Positions 1-7,402 of a stretch of DNA of 61,888 bases are shown here, piece after piece. The position numbers and the translations under genes are program-made. The stretch's first letter is position 1. The number at the start of each line of letters is the position of its first letter. Under the pieces are notes generated by a model. The model searched no databases and was not told the DNA's origin. It was given only the letters and a program-made list of their open reading frames with translations. Source of the stretch: a virus; IMG/VR virus record IMGVR_UViG_3300029675_000009, positions 1-61,888 of that record; one strand, written 5' to 3'.

Positions 1-158
1 CGCCTTTTACGTGTATTTTTACGTGCAGTAACAAAAACAGCCCTGACAATCAGCAGATTACCAAGGCTGTTGTGGAGATGGAGAGACCATAACTTATACT
101 GTCATACATTATCAAACAATATCATATGCGCTCATGTTCAACGATTTCATGTGTTTTT
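1..158. repeat. Terminal direct repeat, copy 1 (identical to 61731..61888)
   Basis: Manual comparison shows nt 1-158 equal the last 158 nt. Contains two TTTTACGTG motifs at 5-13 and 17-25. Confidence 0.95.
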
Positions 159-245
159 AAACAGTCACTAAATATCATGTTATGTCATATGATGTCATGT
201 TTTTTGCGTGTAAATTCGCGTAGTTACACGCAACACGTTTTTATC

Positions 246-1526
246 ATGGAAATAAAGAGGAGCATAACGTTTGACGTAGAGAAAAGGAAGAAGGATGGGT
301 TATTGATCGTAAAGAACGTACCTATCCGATGCATGGTTACGTTCAACCGGAACAGGATAACGTTTTTCACGGGGCATAGGATAGACGCAAGCAAGTTCGT
401 CCCAGAGAAGGGCATCGTTAAAAACGGATGCTTCAACAAGGCCGGGGAAAGCTCTTCCGAGATAAATTCCGATCTTGACGATATACGTGCCACATTGCAA
501 AACATATTCCGCCAATACGAGAGAGAGGGTGAGATGCCTAGCGCCAACGATATCAAGGAAAAGTTCAAGGTTGCGACAGGCCGGGTAAAAGAGGAAGAGA
601 GGAAGCCGATATCCCTGTTCGATATCTACAAGGAGTTTATCGATACGGTAGGGAGGCAGAACGCATGGACGAAGACATCGCACTACAAACATAACTCGAT
701 CATGCACCTTCTGGAGGAGTTCAATCCACAGATCAAGTTCGATGACCTGTCGGAGGATACCTTGCAAGACTTCGTAGAGTTCTTAAGGGAATACAAGGGT
801 ATAAGGAATACCACGTTGAACAAGTACCTCCACTTCATAAAGCAATTCCTTTTATGGGCCGACGACAAGGGATACAACACGAGAAAGGACTATCGAAGGT
901 TCAGCCCAAGGCTTAAAGGGGCGAACTTCGAGCTGAAGAAAGTCATATACTTGACATGGGAGGAACTGATGCGTATATATAATATGTATATAAAGGAAGG
1001 GACGTTATCCACCGTCCGTGACGTTTTCTGCTTCTGCTGCTTCACCGGCCTCCGTTACTCCGACGTATATAACTTAAGGAAGACGGATATCATTAACGGG
1101 AAGATTGACATCGTGACACAGAAGGACAGCGACAACATACAGATCGAGTTGAACAAGTATAGTAAATCCATACTTGATAAATACGGAGACATCGAGCTTA
1201 AGAACGGGAAGGCGCTACCGGTCCTGTCAAACCAGAAATACAATATGTATCTCAAGGATCTCGGCAAGATGGCAGAGCTGGACTCCGAGATAACCGAGGT
1301 ATGGTACGAGGGCAACAAGCGAATACAGCAGACATTCCACAAGTGGGAACGGCTTACTACCCATGTCGCAAGGAAGACGTTTGTCGTCAACGCCCTCATG
1401 TTAGGCATCCCCCCTCAAGTCATCATGAGATGGACAGGGCACAACGACCTCAAGGCCATGAGACCTTACACTCATATAGTGGACAAGCTGAAGGAGGACG
1501 AGATGAGCAAGTTCGATAAGATATAA
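246..1526 (+). CDS. int: Tyrosine recombinase / phage integrase (Bacteroidetes type)
   Basis: ORF 126..1526, with the likely start at ATG 246 (MEIKRSITFDV...). Catalytic-type motifs are FTGLRYSDV (R), HVARKTF (HxxR) and GHNDLKAMRPYTH (H..Y). Confidence 0.85.
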   Translation: MEIKRSITFDVEKRKKDGLLIVKNVPIRCMVTFNRNRITFFTGHRIDASKFVPEKGIVKNGCFNKAGESSSEINSDLDDIRATLQNIFRQYEREGEMPSANDIKEKFKVATGRVKEEERKPISLFDIYKEFIDTVGRQNAWTKTSHYKHNSIMHLLEEFNPQIKFDDLSEDTLQDFVEFLREYKGIRNTTLNKYLHFIKQFLLWADDKGYNTRKDYRRFSPRLKGANFELKKVIYLTWEELMRIYNMYIKEGTLSTVRDVFCFCCFTGLRYSDVYNLRKTDIINGKIDIVTQKDSDNIQIELNKYSKSILDKYGDIELKNGKALPVLSNQKYNMYLKDLGKMAELDSEITEVWYEGNKRIQQTFHKWERLTTHVARKTFVVNALMLGIPPQVIMRWTGHNDLKAMRPYTHIVDKLKEDEMSKFDKI

Positions 1527-1559
1527 ACAAGCATCTTATATAAAAAACAAGAATATATC

Positions 1560-1814
1560 ATGAATGAGGAACTAAAAAAACTGCTTGCGTGGTTTGATAA
1601 CTACGAGATTACATTTAACGAGATAAGATTGTCACAATGTCAATATATCTTTGACTTACGAAAATTTATCTCTGTCCAAACTAACTCTGTCCGAAAAAAT
1701 TGGGACAATCCGACATTTGAGTATGATATTTTGAGTCTATATCAGCTTAAAAAGGTACTGGAGGAAAAAGAGGAAGAAAACACGCCGTATACCAAGACCA
1801 CATCGCCCGTATAA
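1560..1814 (+). CDS. Hypothetical protein
   Basis: ORF track, 84 aa, directly downstream of int. No recognisable motif. Confidence 0.5.
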   Translation: MNEELKKLLAWFDNYEITFNEIRLSQCQYIFDLRKFISVQTNSVRKNWDNPTFEYDILSLYQLKKVLEEKEEENTPYTKTTSPV

Positions 1815-1917
1815 AACAAGGAAACATAATGATATAATCAAACAAAAAAGGATGGAAGGATAACACAGGGCTGGAATATTAATTGTTGTTAATTCTATAA
1901 ATATTTCCGTTACGATA

Positions 1918-1949
1918 TTTGGTAACAAACAATATTATGCTTATCTTTG
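1918..1949 (+). promoter_or_regulatory. Bacteroides-type promoter (-33 TTTG, -7 TAtcTTTG)
   Basis: TTTG at 1918-1921 and TATCTTTG at 1942-1949 with a 20-nt spacer, about 50 nt upstream of ATG 2000. Confidence 0.5.
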
Positions 1950-1999
1950 CATCATAACAATAGAGCTGGTGGCAACAGTAACAATTCAGCGATAATATC

Positions 2000-2182
2000 A
2001 TGACAACTTACATTTATAAAGGACAGTCAATCTCTCACATTCGTTTTATTTCAATTCTTCGTTATGCCGGCATTAATGGAGGTCATAAGCTGTCCGCTTA
2101 TGAGGCCCTTGTGAAATGTGCAAGCTTGGGGAAAGAAAAAGCTATCAAGATTTTAAATGATCTTGAAGTGATTGAAAAATAA
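2000..2182 (+). CDS. Hypothetical protein
   Basis: ORF track, 60 aa, first gene after the predicted promoter. Confidence 0.45.
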   Translation: MTTYIYKGQSISHIRFISILRYAGINGGHKLSAYEALVKCASLGKEKAIKILNDLEVIEK

Positions 2183-2223
2183 ATATATCTATATTAATTA
2201 ATAATCAAATAAATACAATAAAC

Positions 2224-2409
2224 ATGAAAACATTATATTGCGAAAATAGCGAGTTATTAGAGATTCTAGAAAATAATGGGATAGAAATGATTTGTAATGA
2301 AAATATGGAAATCGTAATATCTGACGAGGACGCAATGCGCATTGCTACCATTGTTGAAGATTTCGCCCCCTTTGCGTCTGGTGACTATGCGATAGAAGAT
2401 ATAGCCTAG
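2224..2409 (+). CDS. Hypothetical acidic protein
   Basis: ORF track, 61 aa. Confidence 0.45.
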   Translation: MKTLYCENSELLEILENNGIEMICNENMEIVISDEDAMRIATIVEDFAPFASGDYAIEDIA

Positions 2410-2439
2410 TGGAGATAAAAGATAACGAAGACATATATC

Positions 2440-2799
2440 ATGAATTTAACATTGCCCGAGTTCGCCTTCGTTGAAGGTTCCGGTCACGAAAAAGGCGGGG
2501 ATCCTCTATATGGGAGAAATGTCATAATGCACATACGTTCTGCCAGTATCATCGAAATATTTGGCAGGGATGATGTAGTCTTAAATCCGGATGTTCTGAC
2601 ATTAAAGTTTAGCTATACCAATAGATTTGGCATTAAAGAGCCAATGATTGCGGCGTTACATTATTGCGCCACGCTTGATGTCAAATATGATTCCGAAATG
2701 ATAAAAAAGGAAATCATAAAACCCGCGGCTCAATGGTATTGCGATTGGGCTGAGTGGGAAGATGAAAATATAGTAAGAGAGGAGGGATCGAATGAATGA
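2440..2799 (+). CDS. Hypothetical protein
   Basis: ORF track, 119 aa. Overlaps the next gene by 8 nt, which suggests operon coupling. Confidence 0.55.
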   Translation: MNLTLPEFAFVEGSGHEKGGDPLYGRNVIMHIRSASIIEIFGRDDVVLNPDVLTLKFSYTNRFGIKEPMIAALHYCATLDVKYDSEMIKKEIIKPAAQWYCDWAEWEDENIVREEGSNE

Positions 2800-2989
2800 A
2801 CGTGAACGAATAGGGAAACGAATAGCCGTAATCCGAAAGGAGAGAGGCTACACGGTTCGGCAACTGGCCGAACTTGCCAATCTTCGGGCAGCAACTATCA
2901 GCAACGTCGAGAACGGGAAGTTCTCCGTTGGGATAGATATCCTTGCGAAGATATGTGACGCACTAGAAGTTAAAATAGAAATAATATGA
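2792..2989 (+). CDS. XRE-family helix-turn-helix transcriptional regulator
   Basis: 65 aa. The segment GYTVRQLAELANLRAATISNVENGK is a typical HTH_3 pattern. Confidence 0.75.
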   Translation: MNERERIGKRIAVIRKERGYTVRQLAELANLRAATISNVENGKFSVGIDILAKICDALEVKIEII

Positions 2990-3366
2990 TAACGACAAGC
3001 ATGACACCCTCCGAATTGTTGGAGGAGATCAAAGCTGATTATCCCAATATATTCTCTGTATCCGACACCAAGGACGCTAAGGTGAGCCGGATAATCAATA
3101 AATCCGGCATCTTTCCTGTTCGCATCCACTCATTTGTTACCACTAAGCGTAAAAACAAGTGGCTGATATTATGGGAGGCCCACAATAAAAAGGATATAGG
3201 CGACAATTGCCGGATCTCTTTTGTGTGCTACCATGATACCAATCATGGCAAGTATGCCTATATGCCTGTCTTTGTCAATGGCAAGATGGTTCTTCTCGCG
3301 TTTCCTCCTCACTTCTTCAGCCGGTCGCCGATCGGATGGGAATTAACCTTACAGGCAAAGAGTTGA
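2986..3366 (+). CDS. Hypothetical protein
   Basis: ORF track, 126 aa. Its 3' end overlaps the next ORF by 31 nt in another frame. Confidence 0.5.
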   Translation: MITTSMTPSELLEEIKADYPNIFSVSDTKDAKVSRIINKSGIFPVRIHSFVTTKRKNKWLILWEAHNKKDIGDNCRISFVCYHDTNHGKYAYMPVFVNGKMVLLAFPPHFFSRSPIGWELTLQAKS

Positions 3367-3611
3367 TTAAGCGGTACTTCGAGATAAACAATAGTTATTC
3401 ATTCACATTTTCGCACGAAGAGGTGGACGGAGGGTACCGGGAGAATGTATTAGCCACCTGTAAAGAGGGAATTGCGATGGGATTCAAAGCCGTAGGGCCG
3501 GATGTTTTTCTGCTGAAGACCTTTATCACCTACGATATGTGCAAGGGGGATCAAGTCAGTAGCTTCGCCAAGAGCGAGGAGTTCAGGAGAATTCAACATG
3601 ACAACAAGTAA
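3336..3611 (+). CDS. Hypothetical protein (possibly the 3' part of a frameshifted gene with 2986..3366)
   Basis: ORF track, 91 aa, followed by a strong terminator. Confidence 0.45.
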   Translation: MGINLTGKELIKRYFEINNSYSFTFSHEEVDGGYRENVLATCKEGIAMGFKAVGPDVFLLKTFITYDMCKGDQVSSFAKSEEFRRIQHDNK

Positions 3612-3641
3612 TAGTTCTATTTTTCGCATCGCCAAAGTATA

Positions 3642-3674
3642 ACGCCCGTGTTTTTTCTGACACGGGCGTGTTTT
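3642..3674 (+). terminator. Rho-independent terminator
   Basis: A 9-bp stem (ACGCCCGTG 3642-3650 with CACGGGCGT 3661-3669) is followed by GTTTT. Confidence 0.8.
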
Positions 3675-3710
3675 ATTGGTCTATTTGACTTATTATCATA
3701 TTTAATATCT

Positions 3711-3962
3711 CTATGTTGAAAATTCGCTAGAATCAACATTCCTACGCTTGACATAAAGGCATCGCTTGGATATCTCAGGATTCGCTATACCACGGTTATA
3801 CACTCTTACCGTCATTACCACTTTTCTTTTCTCTAAAAACAAATCTTCCGCCAGCCGAATTATCTGCTCTACTCTATCGTCATAATCACCAACCATATTA
3901 ATTAGATTTTTTAAGGTAATAATTAAACAGTACAGCGAAAAAGTTTGTTTTGCAACACTCAC
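3711..3962 (-). CDS. Hypothetical protein downstream of the repressor
   Basis: ORF track, 83 aa. The start is uncertain because of an internal Met at MVGDYDD. Confidence 0.35.
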   Translation of the reverse strand: MSVAKQTFSLYCLIITLKNLINMVGDYDDRVEQIIRLAEDLFLEKRKVVMTVRVYNRGIANPEISKRCLYVKRRNVDSSEFST

Positions 3963-3968
3963 ATGTTA

Positions 3969-4424
3969 TTAAGCAGAATCTTTCTCTCCTTGCCGGTTCC
4001 CGGACCTATCGTCTCTCTCTTGCTTCAACGACTCGGCCAACAGGCCTATGAGTTTCTCGATATTCCGGCTGTTCCTCTCGTTCGCCTCCGCGTTTTGCTT
4101 GCCTTGCGCCGTTAGATCATGTATGATATCTAGCAGTTCCCTTGGATTAAAGCCGTCACCTATTTCTTCCGGGATATCAACTGATCGTGCGGGTGGAACG
4201 TCAGAGGTTAGCATATCACCAACACCTGTAAGAAGCCAAACTTTATTATAATGAGGATATACAGATATTATTTTATCAGCAATCTCTTCAGATATTTTCT
4301 TAATCTTTCCTTTTTGAAGGTCATATATTTGAGTAGGTACAACCCCAACACTTTTCGCAAATGTTGCTGCCTTCAGACCTTCTCTATCAAGAATAGAACT
4401 AATTATTTCTGATGTTATTCTCAT
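3969..4424 (-). CDS. CI-like repressor candidate (N-terminal HTH)
   Basis: 151 aa. The HTH segment is LKAATFAKSVGVVPTQIYDLQKGK. It is transcribed divergently from the rightward early operon across an AT-rich operator region. Confidence 0.7.
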   Translation of the reverse strand: MRITSEIISSILDREGLKAATFAKSVGVVPTQIYDLQKGKIKKISEEIADKIISVYPHYNKVWLLTGVGDMLTSDVPPARSVDIPEEIGDGFNPRELLDIIHDLTAQGKQNAEANERNSRNIEKLIGLLAESLKQERDDRSGNRQGEKDSA

Positions 4425-4616
4425 TCTACTTAATTTTATTGTATAGCAAAAAACTATATATATTTATTCCTATATCAAGTTACTAAAACGAACCCCGCAA
4501 ATCAATACAAAAACATTAAAATACAGATAAATAAGATCATATGTCTTACTTGCAAAATCTACTAGACATACATTTTTACATAATATCCATAAACATCAAA
4601 AGTTAAAAAAACCTTT

Positions 4617-4672
4617 TATATAGTATTTTGCTCTACAAATGTTTGATCGTATAGTAAAATACTATATATTTG
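4617..4672. promoter_or_regulatory. Operator-like inverted repeat overlapping the rightward early promoter
   Basis: TATATAGTATTTT (4617-4629) is the reverse complement of AAAATACTATATA (4656-4668). The right half overlaps the -7 box TATATTTG (4665-4672). Confidence 0.5.
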
Positions 4673-4988
4673 CACAGTGTAACGCTACAAAGGTACGTTA
4701 CTAAAAAGTAAAGTGCAATAGCATATACGTGTTAAAATGAGTTCTATGACATGTTTCCACCTTAGTACCCACCGAAAGGGGGTTAAAACGAAAGGATATA
4801 AAGACATAAGGCATGAGAGCGTAATAGCGGAAACGCCGGGATTTACGCAGGGATGCCGAAATATATCGCAAGGTTGGAAGTCCTTGCATAGTAAGCAACA
4901 ATAAAAGCTCCAGACCGTCTCGATTCGGTTAAGTATCAAATGGTAAAACATTACTGGAGCACAAATATTACTAAATAAACAAATAGTT

Positions 4989-5231
4989 ATGGAAAAAGAA
5001 ATAATCATTGATGAAAATTACAAGACGACAAACCTTTTCGACAAGATGAAAGTCGGGGATATATATAAGGTTCCATATGATCCCAGCCGACATAACGGCA
5101 TCAAGTCAGAAGCATCCAGACGCAATAAGTACGCCCGATTGAGCAATGAGCTCAAAGGTATACAGGATATCAAGTTTAGGGTATCCGAGGCCGTATATCC
5201 GGGATTCACGTCCATTATACGAATAAAGTAA
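4989..5231 (+). CDS. Hypothetical protein (first gene of the rightward early operon)
   Basis: ORF track, 80 aa. Confidence 0.55.
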   Translation: MEKEIIIDENYKTTNLFDKMKVGDIYKVPYDPSRHNGIKSEASRRNKYARLSNELKGIQDIKFRVSEAVYPGFTSIIRIK

Positions 5232-5237
5232 AAAGTC

Positions 5238-5627
5238 ATGGAAAGGGTATTCACCGAGTTAACCGAGGAATGTGATTACACGGCCCAGTATTACGCCGTA
5301 GGGTTCGAGAAAAAAGAGATAGCCGAGAAAAAGTGCAGGTCGTTACATACGATCATAAACCAGCTAAGGACGGCTTTCGAGATACTAGGCGTAAGGAACG
5401 GTAGGGAGTTGGCCATAAAACTATGTGAGAGACTATGCGATATAAAAGCTAACGTGGATATACAGCAGATGGTTCATTCCGCCGTGGCGTGCGTATTGCT
5501 GCTTGTCCTTTGCGCCGACTCACATCTGGAAATGAGAAGGACAAGGCAAAGATGTCGGTCCGTGGCTAAAATAGAGATATCCTCTAGGGATTTCAGGGGC
5601 TGTAGAGGAAAGAATATAACATTATAA
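5238..5627 (+). CDS. LuxR/GerE-type HTH regulator candidate with a hydrophobic C-terminal segment
   Basis: The segment FEKKEIAEKKCRSLHTIINQLRTAFEILGVRNGRELA resembles a GerE HTH. Confidence 0.5.
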   Translation: MERVFTELTEECDYTAQYYAVGFEKKEIAEKKCRSLHTIINQLRTAFEILGVRNGRELAIKLCERLCDIKANVDIQQMVHSAVACVLLLVLCADSHLEMRRTRQRCRSVAKIEISSRDFRGCRGKNITL

Positions 5628-5638
5628 TAAATAACGAT

Positions 5639-5920
5639 ATGGAGAATATAGCGGATTTACCGGCAACACAAGTAACGGCGGGGCAGCTGGCCGACTTGAT
5701 CATAGAGAGGCTTGGGATTAACAAGGAGGCCAAGGATAAGCCTAAATACGTAAGGGGCCTTGAGTCATTGGCTAAAACGCTCCAAGTAAGCCCGGCGACA
5801 ATCGCCAGATACAAAAAGAGAGGAGTGTTTGGTGACGCTATAAAACAAAACGGGAAATACATCTTGGTGGATATCCAACTCGCCCAAGAGCGTTTCCTTG
5901 GCAAAGGCAAGAAGAAATAA
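5639..5920 (+). CDS. HTH DNA-binding protein (excisionase/MerR-like)
   Basis: 93 aa. The segment LAKTLQVSPATIARYKKRGVF is a typical short HTH. Confidence 0.55.
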   Translation: MENIADLPATQVTAGQLADLIIERLGINKEAKDKPKYVRGLESLAKTLQVSPATIARYKKRGVFGDAIKQNGKYILVDIQLAQERFLGKGKKK

Positions 5921-6061
5921 CATCCCGGATGTCCCTAGGCCTTATCGCACCTGTGGCGCTAGGGATGTCCGGACCTACTTATAAGGCCCCTACCCGTCTA
6001 CGATTCGGGTTCGAAACCGTTGGAGGTTGTGGGGGAGCAAACACTTTTAAATAATAACAAC

Positions 6062-6412
6062 ATGAATGAGATTTATTGGATCACAAGGTTAGATGCCATA
6101 CAGACGTTGGCAATAATAGCAGTATTTATCTTGGGAATATTAGCTTCCATATATATTGTCATATGGTTTATTGAAGATGATTTTGAAAACGATTCCAAGT
6201 TTAAGAACATGGCTATCAAATGTGCCGCCTATATATCAATCCCCATTTTTTTACTGGTGTTCATCCCGTCTAAAAGGGATATGCTGATGATCATTGGAAT
6301 AGGCGGAACTATAGAATATCTCAAGTCTAACGATACCGCCAAGAAGTTGCCAGATAAGGTAATCATGGCAATCGATAAGTTATTGGATGATACAATAGAA
6401 GAAGAAAAATGA
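6062..6412 (+). CDS. Small membrane protein (two predicted TM segments)
   Basis: ORF 6020..6412, with ATG at 6062 (MNEIYW). Hydrophobic stretches are LAIIAVFILGILASIYIVIWF and AAYISIPIFLLVFIP. Confidence 0.6.
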   Translation: MNEIYWITRLDAIQTLAIIAVFILGILASIYIVIWFIEDDFENDSKFKNMAIKCAAYISIPIFLLVFIPSKRDMLMIIGIGGTIEYLKSNDTAKKLPDKVIMAIDKLLDDTIEEEK

Positions 6413-6482
6413 ATAAAACCGATAGACCTATAAGATCACAATGAAAGAAAGAAGGATTCCACCCTAGGCATTTCCTAGGGTA

Positions 6483-6610
6483 GGTAGCGAACCATGACCA
6501 GTATTCATTAATGTATATCGCACGATCAAGGCGTGCGTCCAATGTAAGATTGGTTATCTTGTTATATTATTATCTAGGGTTACAGGGGGTGCGAGTTCCC
6601 CCGGCTACCG
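6483..6610 (+). ncRNA. Expanded tRNA-like RNA (tRNA-Leu CAA-like)
   Basis: Acceptor GGTAGC (6483-6488) pairs with GCTACC (6604-6609). The anticodon-type arm is 6519-6537, with a 6-bp stem and the 7-nt loop AUCAAGG. The variable-arm hairpin is 6539-6553. The T-arm-like hairpin GGGGG/CCCCC has an 8-nt loop. There is no canonical D arm, and about 31 extra nt lie before the T arm. Confidence 0.35.
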
Positions 6611-6734
6611 CATTAGCACTGTTTGAATGTTTATGTGTAATAAAGCTTCCAAGACCTTAATATACCGCCGTGAGGCAGGCAATCAGGAATATTAGTTTTG
6701 CTTAAACTGTGCCGGGGTGGATTCCCCGGCAAAC

Positions 6735-6900
6735 GGATGTATGGCGAAATTGGTAAACGCTAATCAGTATGTGAGGTGAAAAATTCCATGATAACCGTTA
6801 ATAACCAAACCGGCAACATGCGAGACATACTAGGAATAACCGATTTTAAATCGGGGGCCGCAAAAACACCACCTTTCCGGTTCGAGTCCGGATACATCCA
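6735..6900 (+). ncRNA. Expanded tRNA-like RNA (canonical acceptor, D arm and T arm with about 110 nt in place of the anticodon and variable region)
   Basis: The 7-bp acceptor is GGATGTA (6735-6741) with TACATCC (6893-6899). U8 and a D arm with A14 and G18G19 occupy 6742-6760. The T arm is TCCGG-TTCGAGT-CCGGA (6876-6892). Internal helices are 6766-6772/6825-6831 and 6840-6854. Confidence 0.45.
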
Positions 6901-6966
6901 CTATTCACCCCTAGAGGGTGCTTATTCATCTATTTAAGTCACAAATAGTTTTAGACATTGCAACGC

Positions 6967-6995
6967 AGGTCTCCGTCCGTGAGGATATGAGGCCT
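6967..6995 (+). promoter_or_regulatory. Conserved RNA hairpin, copy 1 (apical CGUCCGUGAGGAUAU)
   Basis: The stem AGGTCTC (6967-6973) pairs with GAGGCCT (6989-6995). The 15-nt apical sequence is identical to 12786-12800. The apex can form UCC-GUGA-GGA, a GNRA tetraloop. Confidence 0.55.
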
Positions 6996-7026
6996 TTTCA
7001 CATCGATCAATTTAAATCAACAACAT

Positions 7027-7257
7027 ATGATAAAGAGAAACCAAGCGTGGCTCTGGAAGATATTCCGGGCCACAAAGAGCGTGATCGTCTTCTCTTTTAG
7101 GATGATCTCCGCTACCATACTAGGACTAATATCAATAGTGTCAATATTTGAGTGGTACGATAAGCCATTCAATATTCACCTCTTGATCTTATCGATCATA
7201 TCAATCTTTATTGTGGTACACCAAATAGTTATAATGACTTATGAGTCAGAAAAATGA
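7027..7257 (+). CDS. Small membrane protein
   Basis: ORF track, 76 aa, two hydrophobic segments. Confidence 0.55.
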   Translation: MIKRNQAWLWKIFRATKSVIVFSFRMISATILGLISIVSIFEWYDKPFNIHLLILSIISIFIVVHQIVIMTYESEK

Positions 7258-7264
7258 TTTCGGG

Positions 7265-7402
7265 GTGTTGTACGTGGTACAAGCCCCATCAAGACCGAAT
7301 CGATCGAGGAAGGACGATATCCTAGACGAGCTAAATTCTCTTAGCAAGGAGGAGCTTATACAAATCAGGAAAGATATTATAAAACTTATAAACGAGAAAT
7401 AA
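7265..7402 (+). CDS. Possible small ORF (GTG/TTG start) coupled to the repeat-protein gene
   Basis: An open frame reads ...SRKDDILDELNSLSKEELIQIRKDIIKLINEK and ends in TAATG overlapping ATG 7402. No ATG start is present. Confidence 0.25.
   Translation: MLYVVQAPSRPNRSRKDDILDELNSLSKEELIQIRKDIIKLINEK

Noticed and set aside
126-245. The N-terminal 40 codons of the integrase ORF, which extend into the terminal repeat.
   Set aside because: The sequence MRSCSTISCVFKQSLNIMLCHMMSCFLRVNS is not protein-like. The conserved integrase N terminus begins at ATG 246.
5927-5970. The hairpin GGATGTCCCTAG/CTAGGGATGTCC (12 bp with two G-U) after 5639..5920, and a GGTTCGAAACC T-loop-like string at 6019-6029, considered as a further tRNA or terminator.
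   Set aside because: There is no U-tract after the hairpin and no acceptor, D or anticodon arms around the T-loop-like string. It is probably just a stable 3' UTR structure, and I kept it as unassigned.
6840-6854. Suppressor tRNAs or stop-codon recoding. The hairpin loop UUUUAAA could present a UUA anticodon, and the 44932-44940 loop contains UCA.
   Set aside because: All long genes (tape measure 1257 aa, Tal 1456 aa, DnaB, TerL and others) are intact under the standard code. The loops sit in non-canonical contexts. The 44.9-kb loop is more symmetrically read as CAA. Only one isolated in-frame TGA was found, at 22842.
6901-6966. A self-cleaving ribozyme (HDV-like/theta or hammerhead) flanking the tRNA-type genes, as described for some gut phages.
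   Set aside because: I could not thread the P1/P2/P3 nested pseudoknot of HDV-like ribozymes or the CUGAUGA...GAAA hammerhead core onto the tRNA-flanking sequences. The only CUGAUGA is inside the coding region 6062..6412. This needs a covariance-model scan to exclude properly.
6918-7100. ORFs 6918..7100 and 8432..8695, and a 47-codon frame at 12773-12916 sharing the peptide VREDMR.
   Set aside because: They overlap structured RNA elements (the conserved hairpin, tRNA-like sequences and the tRNA itself) or the start of erf. The shared peptide is better explained by the conserved RNA hairpin with compensatory stems.
7315-7327. The 13-nt exact repeat CGATATCCTAGAC at 7315-7327 and 8528-8540.
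   Set aside because: Exact 13-mers are expected to recur by chance many times in a 62-kb sequence, and no structural or positional context supports a function.
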